The translations under genes and the position numbers were made by a program. DNA of 63,763 bases, filler included, from Octopus bimaculoides (taxonomy: Eukaryota), in assembly GCF_001194135.2 (NCBI RefSeq). It is 7 parts of 4 records of this genome, joined end to end, with 100 filler letters (N's around TTAATTAATTAA, not from the genome) between each part and the next. Parts side by side here need not be neighbours in the genome. Positions count along the whole stretch, not along the records: positions 50,869 to 58,206 come from NC_069002.1; positions 58,307 to 60,381 come from NC_068982.1; positions 60,482 to 63,763 come from NC_068983.1; 4 more parts are not named here. One strand, 5' to 3'. Shown here piece after piece: positions 51,007 to 63,630 of this stretch. Within the stretch, counting starts at the first letter, position 1. Each line of letters begins with the position of its first letter. Below the pieces are notes generated by a model that saw only the letters and a list, made by a program, of their open reading frames with translations, was not told the origin of the DNA and did not search any database.

Positions 51007-51062
51007 TCTCCTGAAGAGACACATTTATTCCGATGCGAGATGGGTCGAAACAACCGTAGGGG
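51007..51062 (+). ncRNA. Type-I hammerhead ribozyme motif in a probable Penelope pLTR remnant
   Basis: TCTC-CTGAAGA-GAC[ACAT...ATGG]GTC-GAA-AC(AACC)GT-A-GGGG: full core, GUA cleavage triplet, stem I with two G.U pairs, AATAAA 2 nt downstream. Confidence 0.75.
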
Positions 51063-53144
51063 TTAATAAACATTCTCGTACCTTTCATCATCCGTTTCTC
51101 TCATTTATCAAATACCCCAGGAGCACTGTTTAAAGTGAACGTGCTTCACCGCTATGCAACCAGATGTATACTCTATGATTTATCACCCTATATGTATACT
51201 ATATTATACATACATACATACATTCACACACACATATAAGTATATATATATATAAACACACGTGTATACATATACATGGTTCTTGAGGTTAATCACCCTA
51301 CAAAGAGCCTGGTGAGTCAGCATGTTATTAAATTATTTCGAACATCTTTCTACATTATCTCTCTAGATAATTTTCGGTCCCCGAAGCTAACTTGAGAAAT
51401 GATTGTAACAGCAGGGTACTTGTGAGGTCAATGGTCTTCGTGTATGAAACATATTCTACGTTCCAAAAATGCAGGACCCTTCGTTGAAATACGATCCTTT
51501 CGTTTGTCAATATCTATCAAACTCTCTCTTTCTCTTTATCTCTCTCTCCCCCTGTGTCTCTCTCTCTCCCTCTGTGTGTCTCTCTCTCCCTCTGTGTGTC
51601 TCTCTCTCCATCTGTGTGTCTCTCTCTCTGTGTCTCTCTATTTGCTATTTCTTGCAGGTCAGGTGTCTATGAGGAGGCTACCAGAATTTACTTCCTCATC
51701 CGCCAATAAAACAACAGGAAAAACGTGGAATAGAATAAAGAAAGATTTGGAGAATAATGCTAAGAAGTAGAAGGTGGAGTAGGAGGCTGAGAAGAAGTGG
51801 AATCAGGAGGCGGAGAGGAGGTAGAGGGTAGGAGGAGAATGAAGAGGAGGCGAGGAAGAAAATTACGAAGAATAGCAAACAGGAACTCAGAGAAGGAATT
51901 AGATAGAAGGAATTTAGAGTGGGAGAGACGTTGTAACAGTAATAGAAATGAAAGACGAATAAGAAATGGAAGACGAGAAAGAAGGAGGAGAAGAGAAAAA
52001 CTGGAAGACGGAAGTAGTTGAACAAGAGACGGCCATTGGAAGTGAAAGCTATGAGCGGTCTAAAACGATGATAAAACCATAAACATAGGGAAATTATTAA
52101 TGCTAAAACTACAACAGCAGCAGCAGCAGCAACAACAACAACAACAACAACAGCAGCAGCAACAAGAATCCAACACTTAAGTTGGCAGCTGGAAGCATGG
52201 AATAATTGCATTATAAAGAATTCCTCACATATGTTCGCTATATTCTGTTAGAATTGCTGTAAGATGCGAAAATGTAGTTAACGAGTTCTTGTAGAACAAT
52301 TCCCCAATGATTTTGAGCGAAGTTCTTGCACGTTTTCGGTTCTAGTAACCCCTCTGCTTAGACGAAACTTGATTTTCTGAACGAAAAACATTATTATCTT
52401 TTAGCGTTTTAACCTCGTTTAAATAATATCAATTTGTTGTTGTTGTTGTTGTTGTTGTTGTTGCTCTTCTTCTTCTTCTTCTTCTTCTTCACATATACAC
52501 ATATTTTGAAACACATATATANNNNNNNNNNNNNNNNNNNNNNNNNNNNNNNNNNNNNNNNNNNNNNNNNNNNNNNNNNNNNNNNNNNNNNNNNNNNNNN
52601 NNNNNNNNNNNNNNNNNNNNNNNNNNNNNNNNNNNNNNNNNNNNNNNNNNNNNNNNNNNNNNNNNNNNNNNNNNNNNNNNNNNNNNNNNNNNNNNNNNNN
52701 NNNNNNNNNNNNNNNNNNNNNNNNNNNNNNNNNNNNNNNNNNNNNNNNNNNNNNNNNNNNNNNNNNNNNNNNNNNNNNNNNNNNNNNNNNNNNNNNNNNN
52801 NNNNNNNNNNNNNNNNNNNNNNNNNNNNNNNNNNNNNNNNNNNNNNNNNNNNNNNNNNNNNNNNNNNNNNNNNNNNNNNNNNNNNNNNNNNNNNNNNNNN
52901 NNNNNNNNNNNNNNNNNNNNNNNNNNNNNNNNNNNNNNNNNNNNNNNNNTTTAAGGCAAGAATGAGAAATATTGGATAAGATATAAAATGAAAATATAAA
53001 AAAAGAATAACCACTGAAACAAATTAATGCATTCATTAGCACACCTCCAGATATGCACAAACGATTTATACATAAATAATAAAAAAAATGGATATAAAAT
53101 TCAAAAATATTAAAATATCTACGCGGAGTCAATGACCTGAAATT

Positions 53145-53514
53145 TTGGTTTCAAATTTTACTACAAGGCTAGCAATTTCGGGGTAGGGTGGAGGTCTAAT
53201 GTTTAACTGGTACTTATTTTATCGATCCCGACAGGATGAAAGGTAAGCTGTCCTTGGGACGGATGAAATTCGCCAACGGTTCTGCCATTTCGTCACCTTA
53301 TATTATTAATAATTGTTTCAAATTTTAGCAGAATGTCTGTAATTTCAGGTGAGGTAGTTAGTCCGGCGTTCTCACTGGTAATTATTTTATCGACCCCAAA
53401 AAGATGAAAGGCAAATATTCGATCTCAGTTGAATTTGAACTCAGAACGCGCAGACGGTGAAATGCCAATATGCATACTGCCCGGCGTGCTAATCATTCTG
53501 CCAGCTCGCCTTAA
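53145..53514 (-). mobile_element. Two tandem group-B SINEs (53145-53298, 53310-53514)
   Basis: Core TTTATCGA.CCC...GATGAAAGG and head CTGCCAGCTCGCCTTAAT; TTA-rich spacer. Confidence 0.8.
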
Positions 53515-54289
53515 TAGAGGAGAGAAAGCGATGTCCTTCACCCGTTATAACGTTACCTACGTAATTGAGTGGAGTGGGGTATGAAGATAGCCAAAAACCA
53601 GAAGTTTGGCCCCGAATGCTTACAACCGAGTGGACTACCCAAACACCCAAACAACAAACGTGGGGTCAGGTGGTGATGGTAGACAGGGGCATAAATAATT
53701 CATGGCCGAATTTGAACTGAAATGCAAAGAGCGGTTTTAGTTCAAATGCAACGAATAAGATCCGACGTTGTTTAACTTCATATCGATCCACGGACTTTGA
53801 TTGATGCATTTTTATCGAACGCAAAATGATGAAATAATTAGTTGATGACGGAAGGATTTGAACTCGGTGCAGATGATGCTGGAATAAATACCACGAAGCT
53901 GTTTTTCCCATGCTTGAACAACTCTGCTGATTTTGCCATTTCGTCGCAATACTCCTGACGATGAAAAAAGTAATTAGCTTTTGATCTATTAGTCGGTTCT
54001 GATTTGACCTTTGTCTAGTGACCCTGAAGAACGAAACTTAGTTTTATAAATATGAAATAACTTAAGAGTAAGTAGATTAGATTAAGGACTTGAGGTATAG
54101 TTTATCATTTGAAATATTCCGGATAATTGAATAAATTTTTGCACTTGCGAATATAATGAAAATAATTCGTGAAACAACGGCGGACTTGGGTTTTTGTCGG
54201 TCAAGGTCGATCGCAGAAACAAACGAGCGTGGGCAGACTAAATCTAAACAAAATTCGAATACTTGTCTCTTGTGTGTGTAAGAAATTAT

Positions 54290-54675
54290 TAAGCTGGCAT
54301 AATTGTTAGCACCTCGGACGCAATGCTTCGTGGCATTTACGTTTCACGTTCAAATTCTGCCGAAGTCGGCTTTGCCTTTCATCCTTTCGGGGTCGATAAA
54401 ATAATTACTTGCGTCCATATGATTAGCTCACGAAAATTGCTGCACTTACACTTATAGAGGAAGGCTGCAAGTTGGTAGGATTGTTCGCACAGCGGATAAA
54501 GCGTTTAGCGGCGTTTCGTCCGCATTTACGTATTGAGTTTAAATTTCGCCAAGGTCGACTTTCTCTTTCATTCTTTCAGAGGGTCGATAAAATAAGTGCC
54601 AGTTGAGCACCGGTGAAGATGTTAAAAAATGTCCCCCTCCCCACAAATTTATGGCCTTGAGGCTATAACAGAAAG

Positions 54676-54716
<41 letters not shown>

Positions 54717-54935
54717 CAGCACGCTGGCAGAATCGTTAGCACTCCGGGTGAAGTGGTTAGCGACATTTCGCCCGTCTTCATCTTCTGAGTTCAAATCTCG
54801 CCGAAGTCAACTTCGCCTTTCAACTTTCCAGCCTCAATAAAATAAGCACTAGCCAAGCAATGCAGTCGATATCATTTGTCTAGCCCCTCCCCTCAAATTG
54901 TTAGCCTTGTACCAAATTTTGAAGCAATTAGTATA
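54290..54935 (+). mobile_element. Three tandem group-B SINEs
   Basis: Heads at ~54290, ~54462 and ~54715; the second and third are separated by (ATT)n 54678-54713. Confidence 0.82.
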
Positions 54936-54989
54936 TTAGTATTTTGATTTCGCAGATTAAACGTTGAGATTATGTAAAGGTGAATCCGC

Positions 54990-55931
54990 ATTTGGCTTTG
55001 AAGGTCTTTCCGCCAATTCACTTCGTGCAGAAGCATGGTACACCTCCCCCCCCCATTAGCATCACCGCCGCCGACATTATCGTCTTCAAAGGTAACCACT
55101 TCCACTACGACGACGACCATCAACACTAACAACAACAGCAACTATAACAACAACACTAACAACAGCAGCACAACTATCCGCATTACCACATTCAATACCA
55201 ACGAGAGCACCACTGTTATCACCACCACNNNNNNNNNNNNNNNNNNNNNNNNNNNNNNNNNNNNNNNNNNNNNNNNNNNNNNNNNNNNNNNNNNNNNNNN
55301 NNNNNNNNNNNNNNNNNNNNNNNNNNNNNNNNNNNNNNNNNNNNNNNNNNNNNNNNNNNNNNNNNNNNNNNNNNNNNNNNNNNNNNNNNNNNNNNNNNNN
55401 NNNNNNNNNNNNNNNNNNNNNNNNNNNNNNNNNNNNNNNNNNNNNNNNNNNNNNNNNNNNAATAATAAAAAAAACAAAATCACCAGCATCAGCGCCGCCG
55501 CCACCACCATTATCACGAAAAGCCACGAATAATAACGCCAATAGCCCCAGCACCGTCAGCACCCACCAGCACCACTGCAGTTAGCGTTAAACCTATTATT
55601 ACCAATTACAAACCAGAAATAGCTAACCTCATGAAAATATAGACAACTTCATATTCAATACAACAAAACCATACGCAGTTGAAATAAAAACCCAGAATCA
55701 AGCAGCTAAACAAAGAAATAACAACAACAACAACAACAGCAATAATAATAATAATAATAATAATAATATCAAAGAAGGAAATGAATTAATAAACAGCACA
55801 AAAGCAGAAAATTGGCAGAAAGTTGTATGGAACGTAAACCTCAAAACGAACATTAAAGCTCCATTCAGGGGAGTCATCATCATCACCATCATCATCATCA
55901 ACATAATCGTCGTCGTCGTCGTTATCATCAC

Positions 55932-55965
<34 letters not shown>

Positions 55966-56035
55966 GTCGTCGTGGTCATCATCGTCGAAGTTGTCATTGT
56001 CATCATCATCGTAATCCTCCTCCTATTCCTCCTGC

Positions 56036-56104
<69 letters not shown>

Positions 56105-56898
56105 TCAACAATAACAGCAGTAAAAATCACACCAGTAACTCGTTTTTGCAATAACTATCTGCAAAACCCTTCTGGTGAGAACTTTCTGGAAAATCGTTGG
56201 CCGAGATTGAGAGAAATACCAAAGTCTCAATTGAATAATTACTAAATGATATCGTTCCCTAATGGCTGTTGCATGTTGAGGACGAAAACGTACGTACCAT
56301 GTGGTAGACTTGACCGATTGCTGAGTGATAACTCTTTCAGCATGAAACCATTGGTAGCCTTGTTAACTCACAAATAAAGAATATTTACCCGCCAATGCCG
56401 GGTATAGCATTCATTCTCACTGATACCAAACCAACCACATGGTTACGGTTCAGTCGCACTGCGTGGCACCTTGGGCAAGTGTTTTCTACTATAGCCTGGG
56501 GCCGACCAAAGCCTTGTGAGTGGACTTGGTAGACGGAAACTGAAAGAAGCCCGTCGTATATATATGCATATATATGGGAGAATTTACGAAAAAAACAACA
56601 ACAGACGGATAGATAGATAGACAGATAGATAAATAGATAGATTGNNNNNNNNNNNNNNNNNNNNNNNNNNNNNNNNNNNNNNNNNNNNNNNNNNNNNNNN
56701 NNNNNNNNNNNNNNNNNNNNNNNNNNNNNNNNNNNNNNNNNNNNNNNNNNNNNNNNNNNNNNNNNNNNNNNNNNNNNNNNNNNNNNNNNNNNNNNNNNNN
56801 NNNNNNNNNNNNNNNNNNNNNNNNNNNNNNNNNNNNNNNNNNNNNNNNNNNNNNNNNNNNNNNNNNNNNNNNNNNNNNNNNNNNNNNNNNNNNNNNNN

Positions 56899-56958
<60 letters not shown>

Positions 56959-57028
56959 CCACACTAAAAGCTGTAGTGGTGAGCAGTAGCTGTAGTAATG
57001 ATGGTGGGAATAGCAGCACCAGCAGCAA

Positions 57029-57069
<41 letters not shown>

Positions 57070-57070
57070 A

Positions 57071-57109
<39 letters not shown>

Positions 57110-57140
57110 CTTCAGCAGCAGCAGCAGTAGCAGTATGAGG
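54990..57140. repeat. Trinucleotide fields (AAC, CAT, AAT, AGT) with gaps
   Basis: Homo-triplet runs. Confidence 0.85.
56425..56565 (+). mobile_element. Group-A SINE 5' half
   Basis: CCAACCACATGGTTACGGTTCAGTCGCACTGCGTGGCACCTTGGGCAAG...GAAAGAAGCCCGTCGTATA. Confidence 0.9.
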
Positions 57141-57616
57141 AATAACGTACAAAGGGGACTTAACAGATAAGGAGATATCATTTGGATTAATATTTAATCG
57201 AATCGGCTTTAGCTAATATGTAATCTACGAGTGGATTAAATTTTGTGTTGCAGCTGCCTGTAGAAGTAACAATATCAAGGGCAGAGCAGCCTTGGCCGAG
57301 TGGTTAATTAGTCTTCCGAGCCACAGCGGTCTAGGTTCGATCATAATGCATGTCACCTTTGGCAAATGTGTAGTTTCATCATCTCAGCTTGATTCCTGGT
57401 GCTGATTGGTATTTTGGTTGATGGAATCAGAATGGTTCTTGTAGCCAGGAGCATTGTGTTGTAAAATGTTGCAAAATTTTGCATAGGTTTGTTTGAATCA
57501 GGTTCGCTTAAGTGAGGGTACTTTATTCGTTTCTGCCCCACATATCTTGAAGAACATGTATATATGCTAATGTGTATGTGAAGCGTGTACACTGTACACT
57601 GGTATACATACATGTG

Positions 57617-57669
<53 letters not shown>

Positions 57670-57869
57670 CAATAAGAAAATGGAGGGGAATATGAGGTAC
57701 TCATCAACTTACAGACACTGCATTCCGTTGATTAATCTGTTTATTTTATAACTAAATTGACAAAAACGACAATATACAGACACTTATGGCATACCATGTC
57801 ATTTCAACAATTAAGATTTCAAGTTTAAAGGACATTTAGCAATTGGAGAAAGGACACACATGCATACGT

Positions 57870-58185
57870 TAAGATCACCAGCATTCTCTCACACAAAGGC
57901 ACCTTCGTTTTGGGATCACTACTACTTTGTTATCTCCCCTTCTTCTTAACTCTCCTGTGTGACCCTTCTGTCCGGCATTCGCTATGATAGATCGCTGAAC
58001 ACTACACACATTTTTTCTCTCTCTTTGTTTCTCTCCTTGTTTCTTTCTGTGTTCCTTTCTGTGGAAGAGTGTAGGCTCGAAACGTTAAAGACTTTTTCAA
58101 TTCCCGAGCGTTATACTAATACATCTATTTGTTTTCTACACCACCTGTCTTCATCTGTTGCTTTTTTGTGAATTCTCCCTATATA
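57870..58185 (+). mobile_element. Probable Penelope-type pLTR remnant with a variant hammerhead-like fold (58055-58090)
   Basis: CTTT-CTGTGGA-A-GAG(TGTAGG)CTC-GAA-ACGT-T-AAAG: stems I and II and palindromic stem III intact; core has A6>U. Confidence 0.5.
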
Positions 58186-58306
58186 TATATATATATATAT
58201 ATATATNNNNNNNNNNNNNNNNNNNNNNNNNNNNNNNNNNNNNNNNNNNNTTAATTAATTAANNNNNNNNNNNNNNNNNNNNNNNNNNNNNNNNNNNNNN
58301 NNNNNN

Positions 58307-58610
58307 CCATCGCGCTTCAGGACCAGTTACTGCAACAGCTTGGGATTCAGGGGCCCACAGCTTTTTAATATTCTCCCAAAGAGCCTGAGGAATCTGCACA
58401 AAGTAGATGTAAGAGTTTTTAAATCAAAGCTGGACCTCTTCCTATCGAGAGCCCCAGATGAACCTACCTCGCGGCAGGAGGTGCAAATGAGGGTTGCTAA
58501 ATCAAACTCCATTCTTCACCAAGTGCCACATATTGTAAGAGGCTCCCTGTAATAACAGTGTAGCAACACGGTGGTGCATCAGCATGGCCACAGCTCTAAG
58601 CTGAAACTTC

Positions 58611-58612
<2 letters not shown>
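58307..58612 (+). mobile_element. LINE 3' end (CR1/L2-group-like): ORF2 C-terminus plus 3' UTR
   Basis: NSLGFRGPQLFNILPKSLRNLHKVDVRVFKSKLDLFLSRAPDEP...SNSILHQV; tail GGTGGTGCATCAGCATGGCCACAGCTCTAAGCTGAAAC then poly-A. Confidence 0.8.
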
Positions 58613-58656
<44 letters not shown>

Positions 58657-60094
58657 TTCCTTCTTACTGTAATAGGTAACTCAAAAGGCATAATAAACAG
58701 AAGAGCATCCAGGCATAATTCACTACCCAACCCACACCACCATACTTAACAATGAAACATATAACTATGTATATTTACACACACACACACACACACACAC
58801 ATACGCACACACACACACATGCATGCATGCACATGCACGCACATACACACACACACACGTGTTTATTTGCTATCTAGATGAGTGAATAGGTTTTGAAGGG
58901 TGGTAAGGCAGGTGTTCTGAAATCATAGCAACTAAATTTAAAATGGGGTGAAAAAAAGTTCAGCAAACAATCATCTCTGCTGCTTATAAAGGATTTCTCT
59001 CTTATAGCGAAGATAATATATAATGCCTGTATATAATGCACATTGTTACATTATTATAAGACATGGGTCTTTAATGTGTAGGATTTGCAAAACTTGACAG
59101 AAATGAAGTGAATATGTACTCTTGAATAGGAAATGTTAGTGTGCATGAATGATGAAGTACAAATGAGCTGACAGAAAAAGCTGGCTACACAACTATAAAA
59201 GTAATGAGATGTACAGTGCAAAATTATAAACTTAAACTAGGAAGTTGCTTGGGACGTAAAATTTGCAAATACAAAATGTACATCAAATGTGACAGGTATG
59301 TTCAAACAAATATATTAGGTAAAAACATTCATAAAAATAGCTGGCATCATTGTGCTAGTATGAGAAAGAAAATATATTCAGAAATCAATAGTGGGTCAGT
59401 AACTGCCAACAATTTGCAATAGATGGATGAAAGATGCAGTTCAATATTTTGTTGCCTGAGGGAAGTGTACTATTAAAAATATTGTTTTCTACTTCTGATG
59501 ATAGATGAAATGTTCTTAATCTTTATAAGCACTCACAAAGTGAAAGCTAGGAATAACAAGATGAAGTTAGTGTGGTTAACTTCTCATTGTTTTTAAATAG
59601 CTTCTTGATACTTGCAGAGTAATGTAATCCAAGGAAAGGAAAATTGGGCAAAGTGTTTAGGAATTCAGAATTGTAATATGCAACAAAATACATGTGATCA
59701 TAGAAGGGTGTATATATTCAGAGAAAGTGAGAGAAAAATGTGTAAGATATATAAAATTAGATGTCTTTATAGTATCAGTACAGCAATATTTTACAATGGA
59801 ATAAATTTGGCCCTTAAAAAAGAACCTGAGAGAGACTGGTCATCAGTAAAGTAATTTTGGGCAGTGATCTGTCATATATCAAAATTATGCGCAATCAGTG
59901 AGAAACAATATCACTCATTAGAAGGAATCATGATGATAGTTAATGTTACATGAATAGAAGTTATTGTCTGAAAATAAATGATAAAATATCTTTTAAGAAA
60001 AAATGTAATAATTGGATTTTGATGTTGACCTCACTACATTGTCAGAATTCTAGTGTTTTAGAGAAATATATACGAGTCAAGAGCTGTTTAGAAT

Positions 60095-60381
60095 TTAGAT
60101 GTATTAGCGACTTCGAGATCAAGGCAATATGGGTGCCCAGAAGTAGACCGGCCTGGAGGAGAAGGGTATGGAAACTTAAAGACCCTGCAAATGGACAGAG
60201 ACTTAGAGACAAGCTACTTGAAGCATTTGCCGAAATAGAAGGGGATATAGCATCATACAACGTGGAAGACAATTGGAGATTTCTGCGGGACAACCTGTTG
60301 AGAGCCACAGACCAGATCTGTGGCTGGTGTAAAGTCCCCTCTCGACCCAGAGTAACGTGGTGGTGGAACAAGGATGTAGAC
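60095..60381 (+). mobile_element. RTE-clade LINE fragment (endonuclease-RT linker), runs into a gap
   Basis: SDF...RRRVWKLKDP...VEDNWRFLRDNLLRATDQICGW...TWWWNKDVD. Confidence 0.85.
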
Positions 60382-60834
60382 NNNNNNNNNNNNNNNNNNN
60401 NNNNNNNNNNNNNNNNNNNNNNNNNTTAATTAATTAANNNNNNNNNNNNNNNNNNNNNNNNNNNNNNNNNNNNNNNNNNNNTATATATATATATATATAT
60501 ATATGCATATGTGGGCACAGGACGTCATGAAACGTGTACAGCAAAAAATACAAAGTACAAGTACATGGAATATGAACCATTTTTCAAACAATGAAAGACA
60601 CAAATAGAAAACAAGACAAACAACACAAAGAACGACCCTTCATCAGTTGTTGGTTGTTTTTCTACTCTCTTATTTTGAGTATTTAACAACAATGTGCGCT
60701 TTTGATAAAACAGTTGCTCCCGCAAAGCAAATTAAATAAAATATGGGATTTTGCAAAGGGTCAAAATTGGTAACACAAACAGGACAGTGAAAACAAAATA
60801 CATATACACACACACACACACACACACATATATG

Positions 60835-61035
60835 TCAGGTCGCTCTTGAGCACTACTGGTAACATGTAATCCAGTACAACCTGTCAGGTTGTCGGCAACT
60901 AAACTTGCAACCCCACCAAGCTTACTTGGTGAGGAGGGTAATTGTTGGACACCCTGCAGGATGAAAAATAAGACCTGTCAATGGGCGGAAGAACTCATGT
61001 GTAGTCAATGGCCATCCAGCATTATGTGTACATGG
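60835..61035 (+). mobile_element. Probable RTE-type 5' UTR fragment, structured
   Basis: Three clean hairpins (see findings) and GGCAACTAAAC...GAGGAGGG...ACCCTGCAGG motifs recalled from RTE 5' regions. Confidence 0.4.
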
Positions 61036-61313
61036 GTGTGTGTGTGTGTGTGTGTTTGTGTGTGTGTGCGTGTGCTTGTGTTGGTGTGTGTGCATGTGCA
61101 TGCCTGTATATATATTTTTATATATATATATTTTTTTATTATATATCTTTTTAGATTTTTTTAATAACTTTTTATATATTTATATATCTTTTATATATTC
61201 ATATTTTTTCTATTTTATTTTATTTATAGTTTTAATTGTGAATTTATTTCTTTATCCATCTATGTATTTATTTTTATAAGGAAATAAATTTTTAATGGTA
61301 AAAATTGTAAATT

Positions 61314-61344
<31 letters not shown>

Positions 61345-61444
61345 TTTCTTTTTTTTAAATGTGTACATATGTATATATAGTTTTTGTGTGTGTGCGTGCG
61401 TGTGTGTGTTTGTGCATGTGTGCATGCATGTGTGTGTGGTGGGG

Positions 61445-63630
61445 TAGATGAGGCTCATTAGCTGTGGTGAAGGCAACCCTTTGTTCCCTTGAAGTTGAAA
61501 GATGGAAATGAGGTTATTAAAGATCCTCCTAGAATAATGAATAGATAGAGAGAACACTTTGAAGATCTTTTCCACAATCTGTCTGTAGTGAACATGGATA
61601 TCATAAACAACACTCTGCAAAGAGAGATAGTGCAACACATGGATGATACACCTTCCATTGAAGAAGTAAATCTGGCAATATATAAACTGAGATCAGGTAA
61701 AGCTCCTGGATTGGATGGTATTTCAGTTGAAATTCTGGATGCAGGTGAGGGTCATATTTCATCTGAAATCCATAACCTGATAACTCAAGTTTGGAATGAA
61801 TCTTCTGTGTCACAAGAATGGATAAATGACATTCTAATCTCTGTATACAAGAATAAGGGCCTGAAAGCAGTGTGTGGCAATTCTAGAGGGATAACTCTTC
61901 TGGTACATACTGGGAAGATACTTTCAAGGATCATGTTAGATCGTCTTGTTGAGAATGTGTATCCACATGTGATTCCTGAAGAACAGTGTGGTTTCAGACC
62001 TGAGCGAGGAACAATGGGCATGGTATTTTCTGTGAGGCAGGTTCAGAGAAATGCTTAGAGGAATAAATGCCACTCTACCAGGCCTTCATAGTTTTAAATA
62101 AGGCATTTGACACAGTAAACAGGGAGGCACTGTGGATTGTTTTGTGTAAGGAACTACACAGAAACATGAAAGCTCAGGTAGTCTTTAATGGTGAGATATC
62201 TCATGAATTTTCGATGGACAACAGTATCAAACAGGGAGATATTCCTGCCCCTACACTTTTCTCTATTTATTTTGTTGCATTACTTTAGTATGCTCTCATG
62301 GATTGCAACAGGGGAATCTGAATCAGATTTTGGACATCTCATCATATTTTTAATTTGACCTGGTTCAACTGCAAAGCAAAAACTTTCAAAATGCTTGTTA
62401 GAGAATTACTTTATGTTGATGATGCTGATTTGTTGGCACACTCAGAGTGGGATATGCAACATTTAATGGACAGATTTTCCACTGCATGTGTACATTCCGG
62501 ACTCACAATTAGTTTGGGGAAAACCAAAGTAATGTTTACTCCTGTGCCAAGACAAACACATTCTGAACCAAACATTTTTGTGAATGGAATAAGGTTAGAA
62601 GTTGTTGACACTTTTGTCTACCTAGGAAGCATACTGTCAAGAGATGGTAGTCTTGATGCAGAGATAAACTATTGAATAGGGAAGGGAAGTGTTGCATTTG
62701 GAAAGCTCAAAAAGTGAATATGGGCATATAGAGGTATTTCCCTGCAGACAAAAATCAGTGGCTATAAAACATGTGTATTGTCTGCATTTCTTTATTCAAG
62801 TGAGACATGGACCCCTTACATACGTCACATAAAAATTCTGTGGGAATGTTTCATACCAGATACAGAGGTTCTGCACATGGCACATTGCAGCTCTATTGAG
62901 TAACATGTTATCTTGGCTCAAATGAGATGGACTGGATGTGTTATTAGAATGAAAGATGAGCGTTTGCCAAAGTATCTTTTTTATGATGAGCTCAACTCTG
63001 ATAAGCGACCACAACATAATCCAAGGAAAAGGTATAAAGATTGTGTAAAGGAAAATCTGAAGAAACTAGATATGAACAAAAGTGGTTGGGAAAATGATGC
63101 TCTAGATCAGAAGAAGTGGAGAAGTGCTGTTAGGACTGGTTGTAATGCCTGGGAGGAAAAGTTGATTCAGCATTCTGAGCTTAAAAGGACCTGTTGCAAA
63201 GGAACAATTAAGACTGTAATCAACAGTGAACATTGTGTATGTATTATATGACTGTGTTCTGTTGCCAAAAGCAGGATACGTGAGTCATATGAAGTCACAT
63301 GAAAATCGTAATGCCCAGATACATAATGATCTTGGACACCAACCACCTCTTACGACTTGTGTCATATGTCACAAAACTTTGTAAGTCAATATCTGGATTT
63401 AAAAGACATATGCTAGTTCACAAAAACATTCCTTCAGAATCATATTCCAAAGGGCAAAGATATAGAAAAAGCATAAATAATATCCGTCACTTGTGTTTTA
63501 AACCCTGTCAGTCAGCAGCTGGTCTTAAAAGTCATCTAAGGGCTCATCAACAGAGTGATTGTGCTGTGTGATGGTGTGTGGTGTGTGTGTTGATGGGACG
63601 GCTGTCATCTCGCAAGATGAAGCAATCATC
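61445..63630 (+). mobile_element. Decayed RTE/BovB-like LINE ORF2 (RT, C-terminal domain, three C2H2 fingers), 5'-truncated
   Basis: GKAPGLDGI, NSRGITLL, EEQCGFRPERGT, KAFDTVNREALW, KQGDIPAPTLF, LLYVDD, GLTISLGKTKVM, FVYLGS, RLPKYLFYDEL, PRKRYKDCVK; many stops and frameshifts; ends in a short 3' UTR then (TA)n. Confidence 0.95.

Noticed and set aside
51656-51770. Acceptor TTTCTTGCAG followed by GQVSMRRLPEFTSS...
   Set aside because: No donor found and no recognisable domain; the pyrimidine tract is a (CT)n microsatellite.
60625-60655. CTGATGAAGGG on - strand
   Set aside because: No downstream stem II-GAAA-UH arrangement.
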